Assembly: GCA_963782055.1 (NCBI GenBank)
Contig: CAWAIF010000002.1
Location: 192,001 to 256,000, forward strand
DNA from: an uncultured delta proteobacterium
GTDB lineage: Bacteria > Myxococcota_A > Polyangia > Polyangiales > Polyangiaceae
Direction of reading: 5' to 3'
Length of the DNA stretch: 64,000 bases
Part shown: positions 7,409-16,853 of the stretch, piece by piece
How the letters are laid out: the number at the start of each line of letters is the position of its first letter
Position numbering within the stretch: position 1 is the first letter of the stretch
Translations under genes and position numbers: made by a program
The notes under the pieces: model-generated
Database searches by the model: none
The model's input: only the letters and a program-made list of their open reading frames with translations
Told to the model about the DNA's origin: nothing

Positions 7409-9051
7409 GAGCCCTCTGCCTCGACGACCGTGACCACGGTCATCGGCTTGATGCGGAGGGCCTTGCCGAGGACGCGGCGCACGGCGAGGCGGGCGGCGTC
7501 GGCGCCGTCGTCGTCGCGGCGACCGCGCGCGTCGCCGGAGGCGGCGTCGGTGAAGGCCTCGCGCGCCTGCCGTGCGGCGTCGGCGAGGAGGGCGGCGTTC
7601 TCCGTCTCGTCGAGCACGCCGCGGGTGACGATGCGCGCCTCCACCCCGGCCTTGCGGACGACGATCGTCACGGCCACGACGCCCTCCGCCGCGAGGGCGG
7701 CGCGCTCCTTGAGCTGCGCGGCGCGGATGGGCCGGCCGGCGTAGACGTGGACGCGGCCCACCGGGACCGACCCGCGCTTGCCCAGGCCCGACTCGTCGAG
7801 CACGCCGACGTCGCCGTTCTCCAGGACGCAGACGCTGGGGACGCCCGACTCGCGGCCGAGCTCGGCGTGGCGCGTGAGGTGGTGGAGCGTGCCGTGCACG
7901 GGCACGAAGCAGCGTGGGCGCGCCAGCTCCAGCATGCGCTTCTGCTCCACGCGGTGGGCGTGGCCGCTCACGTGGATGGGGCGGTCGGTGATCCAGGTGC
8001 GCAGGTGCACGCCGCGGCGCAAGAGGTCGCCGATCATGGAGAAGACCTGGGGGGCGTTGCCGGGGATGGTGCGCGCGGACAGCAGCACCGTGTCCCCCGG
8101 CTCCAGCTTGAGGGACGGGTGCTCGCCGCGGGCGAGACGGGAGAGGGCGCCGCGCGCCTCCGCCTGGGTGCCGCTGGCGACGGCGAGGATGCTGGAGCGC
8201 GGCAGCTCCCCCACGCGCTCGGAGGGGAAGACGAGGTCGCTCGGCCAGTCCAGGTAGCCGACGCGGCGCGCGACGCGCGCGTGGGTCTCCACGCTGCGGC
8301 CGAGCAGCACCAGGCGGCGGCGGGCGTGGCGGGCGATCTCGCCGAGCATGCGCAGGCGGTGGACGTTGGAGGCGAAGGTGCCGACGACGACCGCGCCCTC
8401 GGCGTGGGCGATGGCCTGGTGCATGGCGTCGCCCACACCACGCTCGCTGCCGGTCTCGCCGGCGGCGTCGATGTTGGTGGAGTCGGAGAAGAGCAGGGCG
8501 ATGCCCTTCTCCCCGAGCTCGTCGACGCGGTCCACGTCGAAGGCCTCGCCGTCGGGTGGGGTGGCGTCGAACTTGAAGTCGCCGGTGTGGAGCACCGTCC
8601 CCGCGTCGGTGGTGATGGCGAGCGCGGTGGCGTCGGCGATGGAGTGGGTCACGCGGATGGGCTCGACCAGGAAGGAGCCCACCTTGTAGAGGCCGCGAGG
8701 CGTGGTCTCCACGATGCGCGCGTGCTCCAGGACCTCGTGCTCGCCCAGCCGCTCCTCGATGAGGCCCTTGGCGTAGCCCGGCGCCCAGACGGGCACGTCG
8801 AAGCGGGAGAGGAGGTACGGCAGGGCGCCGATGTGGTCCTCGTGGCCGTGGGTGATGAAGACGCCGGCGATGCGGTCGCGGTAGGCCTCCAGCGCGGAGA
8901 AATCCGGGTGGACGACGTCCACTCCCAGGCCGCGGTTGTCGAAGGTGACGCCGCAGTCGACCAGCATGACCTCCCCCCTTTGCTCCAGGGCGAGGCAGTT
9001 CATGCCCACCTCCCCCAGACCCCCCAGCGCGAAGAAGCGTAGCCGTGCCAT
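7405..9051 (-). CDS. rnj: ribonuclease J (beta-CASP metallo-beta-lactamase)
   Basis: LGGLGEVGMN, THGHEDHIGALPY, HTGDFK, DSTN, FASNVHR, HVSGHA, PVHG motifs. Confidence 0.95.
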   Translation of the reverse strand: MARLRFFALGGLGEVGMNCLALEQRGEVMLVDCGVTFDNRGLGVDVVHPDFSALEAYRDRIAGVFITHGHEDHIGALPYLLSRFDVPVWAPGYAKGLIEERLGEHEVLEHARIVETTPRGLYKVGSFLVEPIRVTHSIADATALAITTDAGTVLHTGDFKFDATPPDGEAFDVDRVDELGEKGIALLFSDSTNIDAAGETGSERGVGDAMHQAIAHAEGAVVVGTFASNVHRLRMLGEIARHARRRLVLLGRSVETHARVARRVGYLDWPSDLVFPSERVGELPRSSILAVASGTQAEARGALSRLARGEHPSLKLEPGDTVLLSARTIPGNAPQVFSMIGDLLRRGVHLRTWITDRPIHVSGHAHRVEQKRMLELARPRCFVPVHGTLHHLTRHAELGRESGVPSVCVLENGDVGVLDESGLGKRGSVPVGRVHVYAGRPIRAAQLKERAALAAEGVVAVTIVVRKAGVEARIVTRGVLDETENAALLADAARQAREAFTDAASGDARGRRDDDGADAARLAVRRVLGKALRIKPMTVVTVVEAEGS

Positions 9052-9147
9052 TCGGAGCCATCGGTACTAGCACGGGCGGGCGCGCTAGAAGAGGGTCGCC
9101 GGTCGCGTCGCGCGCCGGCCGCGCGCCGTGCTAAAAGGCGCGGGAGG

Positions 9148-10065
9148 ATGGCGGCCGAGGCGCACAAGCGATTCCTCATCGTCACGGGCAAGGGCGGCGT
9201 CGGCAAGACGACTGTGTGCGCGGCGCACGCGCTCGCCCTCGCGCAGCAGGGCAAGCGCGTGCTCATCGCCATGTGCAACGCCAAGGAGCGCCTCTCCGCC
9301 ATGCTGGGGAGCGACCTCATCGGGACCGAGGTGATCCAGGCGGCGCCCAACGTGTGGGCGGTGAACATGACGCCGGACGTCGCGCTCGAGGAGTACGGGA
9401 TGCTCGCCCTCAAGTCGAAGACGGTCTACTCCCTGCTCTTCGACAACCGGTACGTGCGGGTCTTCTTCCGGGCGGTGCCCGGCATCCACGAGTGGTCGAT
9501 GCTCGGCAAGGCGTGGTGGCACGCCACCGAGAAGCTGCCCGACGGCCGCGACCGCTTCGACGTGGTGATCCTGGACGCGCCGGCGACGGGCCACGGGCTG
9601 GACATGCTCCGCGTGCCGAAGGTGATCGTGGAGGTGGTGCCGCCGGGGCTTTTGCGCCGCGACGCCGACGCCGCGTGGGCGATGTTCCGCGATCCGGAGC
9701 AGACCGGGGTGGTCCTGGTCACCCTCCCGGAGGAGATGCCGACCACCGAGACGGTGGAGCTCGCGGCGGCGCTCACCGGCGAGCTGGGGATGACGATCGA
9801 CAAGGTGGTGGTCAACTGCGTGCTGCCGCCGCTCTTCTCGCGGGAGGAGCGCGCGACGCTCGAGGGGCTGGCGGAGGTGGAGCCGGTGGACGCCGGGGCC
9901 TCGGCGCTCGTCGCGGCCAGGCTCCGGGCGGTGCGGGAGCACGTGCAGGCGGCCTCGCTCGCCCGGCTGGCGCTGCAGTTGCCGGTGCGCACGGCGTTCC
10001 TGCCGCTCCTCTTCCAGGACGCGGCCACCCCGCAGGCCATCCGGGAGCTCGCGAAGCGGCTCTAG
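9148..10065 (+). CDS. ArsA/GET3-like ATPase (single domain)
   Basis: GKGGVGKTT deviant Walker A, PGIHE, DAPATGH switch II, PEEMP. Confidence 0.88.
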   Translation: MAAEAHKRFLIVTGKGGVGKTTVCAAHALALAQQGKRVLIAMCNAKERLSAMLGSDLIGTEVIQAAPNVWAVNMTPDVALEEYGMLALKSKTVYSLLFDNRYVRVFFRAVPGIHEWSMLGKAWWHATEKLPDGRDRFDVVILDAPATGHGLDMLRVPKVIVEVVPPGLLRRDADAAWAMFRDPEQTGVVLVTLPEEMPTTETVELAAALTGELGMTIDKVVVNCVLPPLFSREERATLEGLAEVEPVDAGASALVAARLRAVREHVQAASLARLALQLPVRTAFLPLLFQDAATPQAIRELAKRL

Positions 10066-10127
10066 GCAGGATTTTCGTCGATTCGGGCCCAAGTGCACCG
10101 GGGGGCCATCGCGTCTACACTCATGCC

Positions 10128-13100
10128 GTGCGCTTCTCTCGCTCCGTCACCGCGCTGGCGCTCCTCTGCGCGATCTGTGCGTCCTCGCAGGCGTTCGGGC
10201 AGGATTTCGACCCCAACGGCCGCCATCACCACCCGCCGCCGAGAGGGCATCACCCGCCGACCGGCCACCACCCCCCCGTTCACGCCGTCGTCGGGCCCCA
10301 GGTCCTCATCGACCGCTACACCAAGATCGTGCTGGCGCAGCCGGGCTCGCCGTTCCCGCTGCAGCGCCTCGCCCAGCTCTACCGGGAGAAGGACGGCAAC
10401 CTGAAGAACCTGGTGGCGGACTTCGAGAAGCGCGCCGCCGCCTCCGGCGCCCAGCAGTACGCCGCCACCGTCACCCTCGCGGGCATCTACAAGGTGGAGG
10501 GTCGGGTGGAGGACGCCATCTCCACCTTCGAGAAGGCCATCCCGCTCAAGCCCGCCGACCCCGCGGCCGTCCTGGCGCTCGCCCACGCCTACCAGGACCG
10601 GGGCGACGTGAAGGCGGCGCGCGCGCGCTTCGAGCAGGCGCTGCCGCTGCAGAAGGCCAAGACGGACAAGGAGCAGACGCTCCGCACCCTGATGACCATC
10701 GCCCTGGACGCCAAGGACTGGCCGGGCGCGAGCGGCTATCACCAGCAGCTCGTCAAGCTGGAGCCCACCAGCCTCTACGTGAAGGGGGAGCTCGGCCGCG
10801 AGCTCTACTCGCGCGGGGAGTACGAGAAGGCGGAGGCGGAGCTGGAGACGGTGGTGAAGGCCGCCACGGGCGACAACCGCGCCCTCGCCCCAGCGCTCAA
10901 GGACCTCGGCCGCGCGCAGGCGAAGGCGCACGAGAACCAGAAGGCGCTCGCCACGCTCAAGCGCGCGCTGCAGGTCGCCGGGCAGGCGGCCTCGGTGCGG
11001 ACCGAGATCTTCCAGACCATCGCCGAGATCTACCGCGCCGACCAGCAGCTCCCGGTGCTCATCAAGCAGCTGGAGGACGAGCACGCCAGCGACTTCGGAC
11101 GGCTGCGACTGCTCGGCTCGCTCTACGAGGAGACGGGCGACGCGGTGAACGCCATCGCCACCTACAAGCGCGCGCTCGCGCGCAACCCGCGCGACATCGA
11201 CATGCGCCTGAAGATGGTGCGCCTGCTGCAGTCGCAGGGGGAGCTCGACAAGGCCATCACCGAGTACGAGGGCCTCATCCGCGCGGCGCCGAACAACCCG
11301 CAGTTCGTCTTCGAGGAGTGTGACGCCCTCTTGCAGCGCGGGGACCGCGCCCGCGCGCTGAAGCTCTTGGGCGAGCTGGAGGCGCGCGCGCAGCGCGACG
11401 AGGACGCGCTCAGCCGGCTCGCCGACTTCTACGGCCGCATCGGCGAGGCCGGGAAGTCCATGAAGGTGCTGCAGCGCCTGGCGACGGTGGCCGGCTCCGA
11501 CCCGACGCACCTGGTGGACCTGGGCGACCGCTACTACCAGGACGGCAACACCGCGATGGCGATGCAGACGTGGAAGCGCATCCTCACCACGGTGACGCCG
11601 CGGGCGCGGGCGCTCGCCGCGCTGGGGGAGGTGTACCTCGAGCACGACATGACCGACGACGCGCTGACGTCGCTCCGCGAGGCCACGAAGCTCGACCCGT
11701 CCAGCCTCATCTACAAGAAGCAGCTCGCCAGCGCGCTGGAGCGCAAGCAGGACCGCGAGGGCGCGCGCGTCATCTGGGAACAGCTCGCGCAGAAGGCGAA
11801 GAAGAAGGGCGACAAGATCCTGATGCGCGAGGCGCGCAGGCACATCGTGACGCTCTGGGGGCTGGAGCGCGTGCTGGAGCAGCAGCTGCCCTTGCTGGCG
11901 CAGCAGTTCAACGGCAAGCCGCCCGACGTGGAGGCGGGGCGGACGCTGGCGGAGGCGCAGATCCACCTGCGCAAGCTGGGCGACGCCGAGAAGACGCTGC
12001 GCAAGGTGATCGAGCTCGCGCCGGGCGACGAGGAGAGCTACCTCGCGCTGGAGCGTGTGCTGGTGCAGGGCAGCAAGCTGCAGGAGGCCATCGCGGTGCT
12101 GCAGAAGCTCGTCACGGTGCAGCCGAAGCGCGCGCGCGAGCTGTACTCGCGCATGGCGCAGTACGCGATGCAGCTCCACAAGGACGACGACGCGGTGAAG
12201 TACGCGGCGCGCGCGGTCGAGCTCAACCCGGACGACGCGATCGGCCACCAGAAGCTCGGCAAGATGTACCAGGACAGGCAGGACATCGCGCACGCCATCG
12301 TGGAGTACCGCGCGGCGATCGCGAAGAACGACCGCCTCTTTCCCGTGTACTTCGACCTCGCGAAGCTGCTGCTCTCCAAGGGGCAGTCGGAGGAGGCGGA
12401 CCGGCTCTACCGGCGCATCGTCCGCGGGGCCCCCGACGACGAGCTGGTGGGGCAGGCGGTGCACCAGTCGATGAGCATCGAGCAGGGCAAGGGCTCGACG
12501 GAGCCGCTGGAGCAGGACCTCTTGCCGCTCGCCATCGGCAACCCGCAGCGCACCATCTACCGGCGCTCGCTCGTGACGATCTACGGCAACCTCACCTTCC
12601 CGCTGGTGCAGCGCGTGCGGCGCGGCGAGGGCGGGAAGGAGGCGGCGGCGGCGCGCGCGGAGCTGGCGCGCATCGGCGCGCGGGCGGTGAAGCCGCTGCT
12701 CGACACCCTCGCCGACGGCGACGAGACGCAGCAGAAGACCGCCATCGACATGCTCGCCTACGTGCAGAACAAGAACGCGGGGCCCGCGCTCTTCTCCTTC
12801 GCCACCGGGACGGCGGACCAGTCGCTGCGCATCCGCGCGATGGTGGCGTGCGGCGCGCTCGGAGACCCGGGCCTGATCGGGCGCTACCGGGAGCTGCTCT
12901 TCCCCAAGGCGCAGCCCGGCGAGGACGCGATGCCCTCCGACCCGGTGGCCGTCGCGGCGGTGTGGGGGCTCGCCCGGATGAACGACAAGCGCACCCTGGG
13001 CCTTCTGCGCGACCTCGCGCAGAAGGGGACCCCGGAGATGCGCGCGCTCGCCGTCCTGGGCCTGGGGCAGCTCCACGACAAGGCCTCGGTGGCGCGCATC

Positions 13101-14201
13101 GCCGACATCGCCCGGAGCCCCGACGCCGGCAACGTGGCGCGGGCTGGGGCGGCGTACGCGCTGGGCGACCTGGGCGCGGAGGCGGAGGCGCCCACCCTCC
13201 TCGCGCTCGCGCAGGGGACCGACCCTCTCCCGCGGGAGCTGGCGCTCGTCGCCCTGGCCCGCATGGGCGCGCGCAAGAGCGCGGACCCGCCGGGCGGCAA
13301 GGCGGCGATCGCGGCGATGGCCGACGCGGTCTTCGCGGGTGGAGACGTGGAGAGCTCTCGCGCCCGGCAGACCGCCGAGGCGCTGCAGCACGCTGGCGCG
13401 GCGTCGCTGGTGCTGCTGGCCAACCCCGCGCTCGTCCGGACGGCCCCGGAGGAGCTCCCGGTGCCGGACGATCTGCTCGACGTCGAGGCGTCCCTCGCCG
13501 AGCTCGTGCCGAAGGAGGCGGGCGAGAAGCAGCGGGCGGCGGCGCTCGTGCGGTTCGCCGAGCCGCTCCAGCACGCCGCGCTCTCGGCGCTGGAGACGTC
13601 GGGGGACCGCGCGCGCTCGGTGCTGGACGCGCTGGGCACCGGGGAGGGGACCTTCCAGCCCTTCGTGCAGCCGGACGCGGGGTCCGCGGCGGCGGCGGCG
13701 ACGAAGAAGGCGAAGGACATCGCGCAGGCGCTGGAGCCGGCGGTCGTGCCGCTCGCGCGGCACCCCAGCGCGGCGATGCGCACCAAGGCGATCGTGCTGC
13801 TCGCGCACGGGAACACCCCGGCGGCGCTGGCGGCGGTGGTGCGCGCGGTCGACGACCAGGACGAGAGCGTGCAGCGCGTGGCGCTCTCGGCGATGGGCGC
13901 GCGGCCGGACCCGGCGGCGGTGACGGTCGTGGCGCGGCTGGTGAAGACGCACCCCAACTGGGCGATGCGCGTGCTGGGCGCGCAGGCGCTGGGTCGCCTC
14001 GGCGCCGCGGGCTCGGGGGCCGAGGCGGCGCGCGCGCTGCGCGAGCTGGCCACGAAGGACTCGTACGCGCTGGTGCGGGAGGCGGCGCTGGTCGCGCTGG
14101 CGAGCTACGACAAGGCGGATGGCGCGGCGCTGGCGCGGCAGATGAGCAAGGGGGATCCGGAGCCCCGGGTCCGGGAGACGGCGCTCCGGATACTGAGGTA
14201 G
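10128..14201 (+). CDS. large secreted TPR + HEAT-repeat protein
   Basis: GTG start and signal peptide (…SSQAFG/Q); His/Pro-rich leader; many TPR-like units (AIxxYKRALARNP); C-terminal HEAT-like repeats (VRETALRIL). Start inferred. Confidence 0.85.
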   Translation: MRFSRSVTALALLCAICASSQAFGQDFDPNGRHHHPPPRGHHPPTGHHPPVHAVVGPQVLIDRYTKIVLAQPGSPFPLQRLAQLYREKDGNLKNLVADFEKRAAASGAQQYAATVTLAGIYKVEGRVEDAISTFEKAIPLKPADPAAVLALAHAYQDRGDVKAARARFEQALPLQKAKTDKEQTLRTLMTIALDAKDWPGASGYHQQLVKLEPTSLYVKGELGRELYSRGEYEKAEAELETVVKAATGDNRALAPALKDLGRAQAKAHENQKALATLKRALQVAGQAASVRTEIFQTIAEIYRADQQLPVLIKQLEDEHASDFGRLRLLGSLYEETGDAVNAIATYKRALARNPRDIDMRLKMVRLLQSQGELDKAITEYEGLIRAAPNNPQFVFEECDALLQRGDRARALKLLGELEARAQRDEDALSRLADFYGRIGEAGKSMKVLQRLATVAGSDPTHLVDLGDRYYQDGNTAMAMQTWKRILTTVTPRARALAALGEVYLEHDMTDDALTSLREATKLDPSSLIYKKQLASALERKQDREGARVIWEQLAQKAKKKGDKILMREARRHIVTLWGLERVLEQQLPLLAQQFNGKPPDVEAGRTLAEAQIHLRKLGDAEKTLRKVIELAPGDEESYLALERVLVQGSKLQEAIAVLQKLVTVQPKRARELYSRMAQYAMQLHKDDDAVKYAARAVELNPDDAIGHQKLGKMYQDRQDIAHAIVEYRAAIAKNDRLFPVYFDLAKLLLSKGQSEEADRLYRRIVRGAPDDELVGQAVHQSMSIEQGKGSTEPLEQDLLPLAIGNPQRTIYRRSLVTIYGNLTFPLVQRVRRGEGGKEAAAARAELARIGARAVKPLLDTLADGDETQQKTAIDMLAYVQNKNAGPALFSFATGTADQSLRIRAMVACGALGDPGLIGRYRELLFPKAQPGEDAMPSDPVAVAAVWGLARMNDKRTLGLLRDLAQKGTPEMRALAVLGLGQLHDKASVARIADIARSPDAGNVARAGAAYALGDLGAEAEAPTLLALAQGTDPLPRELALVALARMGARKSADPPGGKAAIAAMADAVFAGGDVESSRARQTAEALQHAGAASLVLLANPALVRTAPEELPVPDDLLDVEASLAELVPKEAGEKQRAAALVRFAEPLQHAALSALETSGDRARSVLDALGTGEGTFQPFVQPDAGSAAAAATKKAKDIAQALEPAVVPLARHPSAAMRTKAIVLLAHGNTPAALAAVVRAVDDQDESVQRVALSAMGARPDPAAVTVVARLVKTHPNWAMRVLGAQALGRLGAAGSGAEAARALRELATKDSYALVREAALVALASYDKADGAALARQMSKGDPEPRVRETALRILR

Positions 14202-14218
14202 GGGTATGCTGGTCCCAC

Positions 14219-14722
14219 ATGGGGACACTGCGCGCTCCGGGGGTGATGATGGTGACGCTGGCGCTCGCCGCGTGTCAAGACGCGTCGCGCTTCTCCACCG
14301 GGACCGACCACTACGAGGGCGTCGTCGTCGCCGGCAGCTTCGTGCGCGCGGGCATCGACGAGGGCACCCGCATGTGCATGACCTTCGACGCCAACCACAT
14401 CCAGGACGCACCGGGGACGCTCACCACGTCCGACGGCCGCTTCAAGAACTCGCCGCTCCGGCCGATGCCGCAGATCTGGCACGACCCGCTCTCCACGCTG
14501 TCGTTCGGCGAGGGGCGCTCGCAGAACATGATGTACGTCGCGGCGCCGGACTCCGCGGTGGATCCGCAGGGGGACGTGACGGTCGTCGTGTCGCTCATGG
14601 AGTCGGGGAGCGTGGAGGTCCGCCTGATGCGCGGCGCGCCCGCGCCGCCGGGCGGGACGTCACCGCCGCCGCTCTTCGCGGTGTTTCCGCTGGACATGAC
14701 GCCCGGCGAGTGTCCGTTCTAG
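14219..14722 (+). CDS. lipoprotein of unknown function
   Basis: LALAA-C lipobox; follows the TPR/HEAT gene after 17 bp. Confidence 0.75.
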   Translation: MGTLRAPGVMMVTLALAACQDASRFSTGTDHYEGVVVAGSFVRAGIDEGTRMCMTFDANHIQDAPGTLTTSDGRFKNSPLRPMPQIWHDPLSTLSFGEGRSQNMMYVAAPDSAVDPQGDVTVVVSLMESGSVEVRLMRGAPAPPGGTSPPPLFAVFPLDMTPGECPF

Positions 14723-14808
14723 CCGAGGGTGGACGCACCCCGCGACCTCCGCCGGCCACGTGGTCGTCGACGTCCACGCAGGCGAGCACGAAGGAGAAGA
14801 CGCGCGCG

Positions 14809-15252
14809 CTACCCCGTCCCGCCACCAGCCCGCGCCACGGAGGCGTTGAGGATGGCGGTGCGCAAGTCGTCCAGATCGAAGGGCTTCCAGAACACCGCCG
14901 CCGCGCCGAGCCGCGCCGCGAGCGTGCGCACCGAGCTGTCACGCTGCGCGGTGATCAGCACGACCGGCACGTTCCACCTGGAGCGACGCAGCGTGCTCAG
15001 CACGCCCAGCCCGGAGAAGCCGGGCATCAGCACGTCGGTGACGACCACGTCCGGCCGCCTCAGCGGATGATCGAAGGCGTCGCTCAGCAGCTCCAGCAGC
15101 TCCGCGCCGTCCTTCGCCTCGACGACCTCGTAGCCGTCCGATCGCAGGCCCTCGCCGATGAGGTTGCGCATGTCCTCGTCGTCCTCGGCGAGGAAGATGG
15201 TGGTCGGCCGGCGCGGCGCCGGATCGCGGCCGCGGGTTAGCGGGTACTTCAT
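14809..15252 (-). CDS. single-domain response regulator
   Basis: IFLAEDD, VVVTDVLMPGFSG, ITA, KPF receiver motifs. Confidence 0.9.
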   Translation of the reverse strand: MKYPLTRGRDPAPRRPTTIFLAEDDEDMRNLIGEGLRSDGYEVVEAKDGAELLELLSDAFDHPLRRPDVVVTDVLMPGFSGLGVLSTLRRSRWNVPVVLITAQRDSSVRTLAARLGAAAVFWKPFDLDDLRTAILNASVARAGGGTG

Positions 15253-15264
15253 GCTCGACGTTCA

Positions 15265-15280
15265 TGCAGGGGGCGTGCCG
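15265..15280 (-). promoter_or_regulatory. putative sigma54 promoter of the divergent receiver gene
   Basis: Minus strand CGGCACG-CCCC-CTGCA with GG and GC at canonical -24/-12 spacing. Confidence 0.65.
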
Positions 15281-15321
15281 CGCGGCGTCCGCGCGTGGGC
15301 TCAACACGAGCATTCGAGCGA

Positions 15322-15336
15322 GTGACTTTTTGCTAC
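15322..15336 (-). promoter_or_regulatory. putative enhancer (activator-binding) box 1
   Basis: Minus strand GTAGC-AAAAA-GTCAC, 41 bp upstream of the sigma54 motif; related boxes at 16765 and 25279. Confidence 0.55.
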
Positions 15337-15365
15337 ACGTATCGAGATAGCGTGCTACCCCAGAA

Positions 15366-16754
15366 GTGATGATGCGCAGGGTCCTCATCATCGATGACGA
15401 CGAGAGTCTGTGCGAGCTGCTCGCCAGCGGCCTGGCCTCGCGCGGGTTCGACGCGTCCTTCCGGACCGCGCCGTCGGCGGCTCTCGATGCGCTCGCCGCC
15501 GACCACTACGACGCCGTCGTCACCGACCTGCGGATGCGCGAGATGAGCGGCATCGAGCTCTGCGATCGCGTCCTGCTCACCCACCCAGACGTGCCGGTGG
15601 TCCTCATCACGGCCCACGGGGACGTCGACGCCGCGGTGGCCGCGCTCCGCGTCCGCGCCTTCGACTTCCTCTCCAAACCCGTGGACGTGGAGCTGCTCGC
15701 CTCCGTGCTCGCGCGCGCCACCAGCCGCCCCCCGGCGCACCAGGCGCGGCGGCGCTCCCGCCGCAACAAGGGGGCTGACCCGGCCGACGGGCTCATCGGC
15801 GAGAGTGCGCCGATGCAGGCGCTCCGCGCCCTGATGGATCGCGTGGCTCGGGTGGACACCTCGGTGCTCATCGGCGGCGAGACGGGCACGGGCAAGGAGC
15901 TGGTCGCCCGGGGCCTCCACGCGCTGAGCGCGCGCAGCGACGGTCCCTTCGTCGCCATCAACTGCGCGGCCCTGCCGGAGAGCCTGCTCGAGGCGGAGCT
16001 GTTCGGCTACGCCAAGGGCGCCTTCACCGACGCGCGGACGGACCGCTCCGGCCTGTTCGAGCGGGCGCGAGGCGGCACCTTGCTGCTGGACGAGATCGGC
16101 GAGATGCAGCTCGGCCTGCAGCCCAAGCTCCTGCGCGTGCTGCAGGAGCGGGTCGTTCGCCCCGTGGGCAGCGACCGCGAGATCCCCACCGACGTGCGCG
16201 TCATCGCGTCCACCAACCGGGATCTGCAGACCGCCGTCGCGGCGAAGCAGTTCCGCGAGGACCTGTTCTACCGCATCGACGTCATCGAGATCCGCGTCCC
16301 GCCGCTGCGCGAGCGCGGATGCGACGCACTGCTGCTCGCCGCGCACTTCGTCCGGGAGTTCTCCCGCGGGACCGGCAAGTCCATCGAAGGCCTCACGCCC
16401 GGCGCGAGCGAGAAGATCGCCTCGTACACGTGGCCCGGGAACGTCCGGGAGCTGCGCAACTGCATCGAGCGGGCCGTCGCCCTCACCACGGCCGACCGCA
16501 TCGGCCTGGACGACTTCCCCGATCGGGTGCGGCGCGTGCCCTCGCTCCCCGAGACCTCCGAGCTCAGCGAGCTCCTCCCGCTGGTAGAGGTGGAGCACCG
16601 GTACATCCAGCGTGTGCTCGACGCGGCGCACGGCAACAAGAGCCTCGCCGCGCGGATCCTCGGGGTGGACCGCCGCACGCTCTATCGCAGGGAGGAGCAC
16701 CGGCACCTCACCAAGGCGGACGAGCCGGTGGACCTGACGCGCCCCCGGAAATGA
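15366..16754 (+). CDS. NtrC-family sigma54-dependent response regulator (REC-AAA+-Fis HTH)
   Basis: REC (IIDDD, TDLRM, SKP); [47 protein letters not shown]; Fis-type HTH ([18 protein letters not shown]). Confidence 0.95.
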   Translation: MMMRRVLIIDDDESLCELLASGLASRGFDASFRTAPSAALDALAADHYDAVVTDLRMREMSGIELCDRVLLTHPDVPVVLITAHGDVDAAVAALRVRAFDFLSKPVDVELLASVLARATSRPPAHQARRRSRRNKGADPADGLIGESAPMQALRALMDRVARVDTSVLIGGETGTGKELVARGLHALSARSDGPFVAINCAALPESLLEAELFGYAKGAFTDARTDRSGLFERARGGTLLLDEIGEMQLGLQPKLLRVLQERVVRPVGSDREIPTDVRVIASTNRDLQTAVAAKQFREDLFYRIDVIEIRVPPLRERGCDALLLAAHFVREFSRGTGKSIEGLTPGASEKIASYTWPGNVRELRNCIERAVALTTADRIGLDDFPDRVRRVPSLPETSELSELLPLVEVEHRYIQRVLDAAHGNKSLAARILGVDRRTLYRREEHRHLTKADEPVDLTRPRK

Positions 16755-16764
16755 TTTCGGACGT

Positions 16765-16779
16765 GTGGCGCTTTTGCAC
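16765..16779 (+). promoter_or_regulatory. putative enhancer box 2
   Basis: GTGGC-GCTTT-TGCAC, 45 bp upstream of the sigma54 motif at 16825; the weakest match of the three. Confidence 0.45.
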
Positions 16780-16824
16780 GCAGGTCTCGCCATCCGCGGG
16801 CCGCAAGCTGGCGGAAAGGTGAGA

Positions 16825-16840
16825 GGGCATGAGGGTTGCA
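16825..16840 (+). promoter_or_regulatory. putative sigma54 promoter of the kinase-gvp operon
   Basis: GGGCATG-AGGG-TTGCA with exact -24/-12 spacing, 13 bp before ATG 16854. Confidence 0.72.
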
Positions 16841-16853
16841 GCCCCGTGGCCGA

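Noticed and set aside
7409..9073. Arg-rich upstream part of the 850-aa ORF 6521..9073
   Set aside because: Out-of-frame overlap with rnj; only the CHAD part from 7408 is credible.
9148..10065. Arsenic-resistance operon
   Set aside because: No arsB/acr3, arsC, arsD or arsR nearby, and the ATPase is single-domain.
10062..14411. Very long alternative-frame and antisense ORFs (1449 aa here; likewise 11570..14218, 15333..17954, 41905..45378)
   Set aside because: Arg/Pro/Gly-rich shadow frames expected from stop-codon scarcity at high GC; each overlaps a gene with clear motifs.
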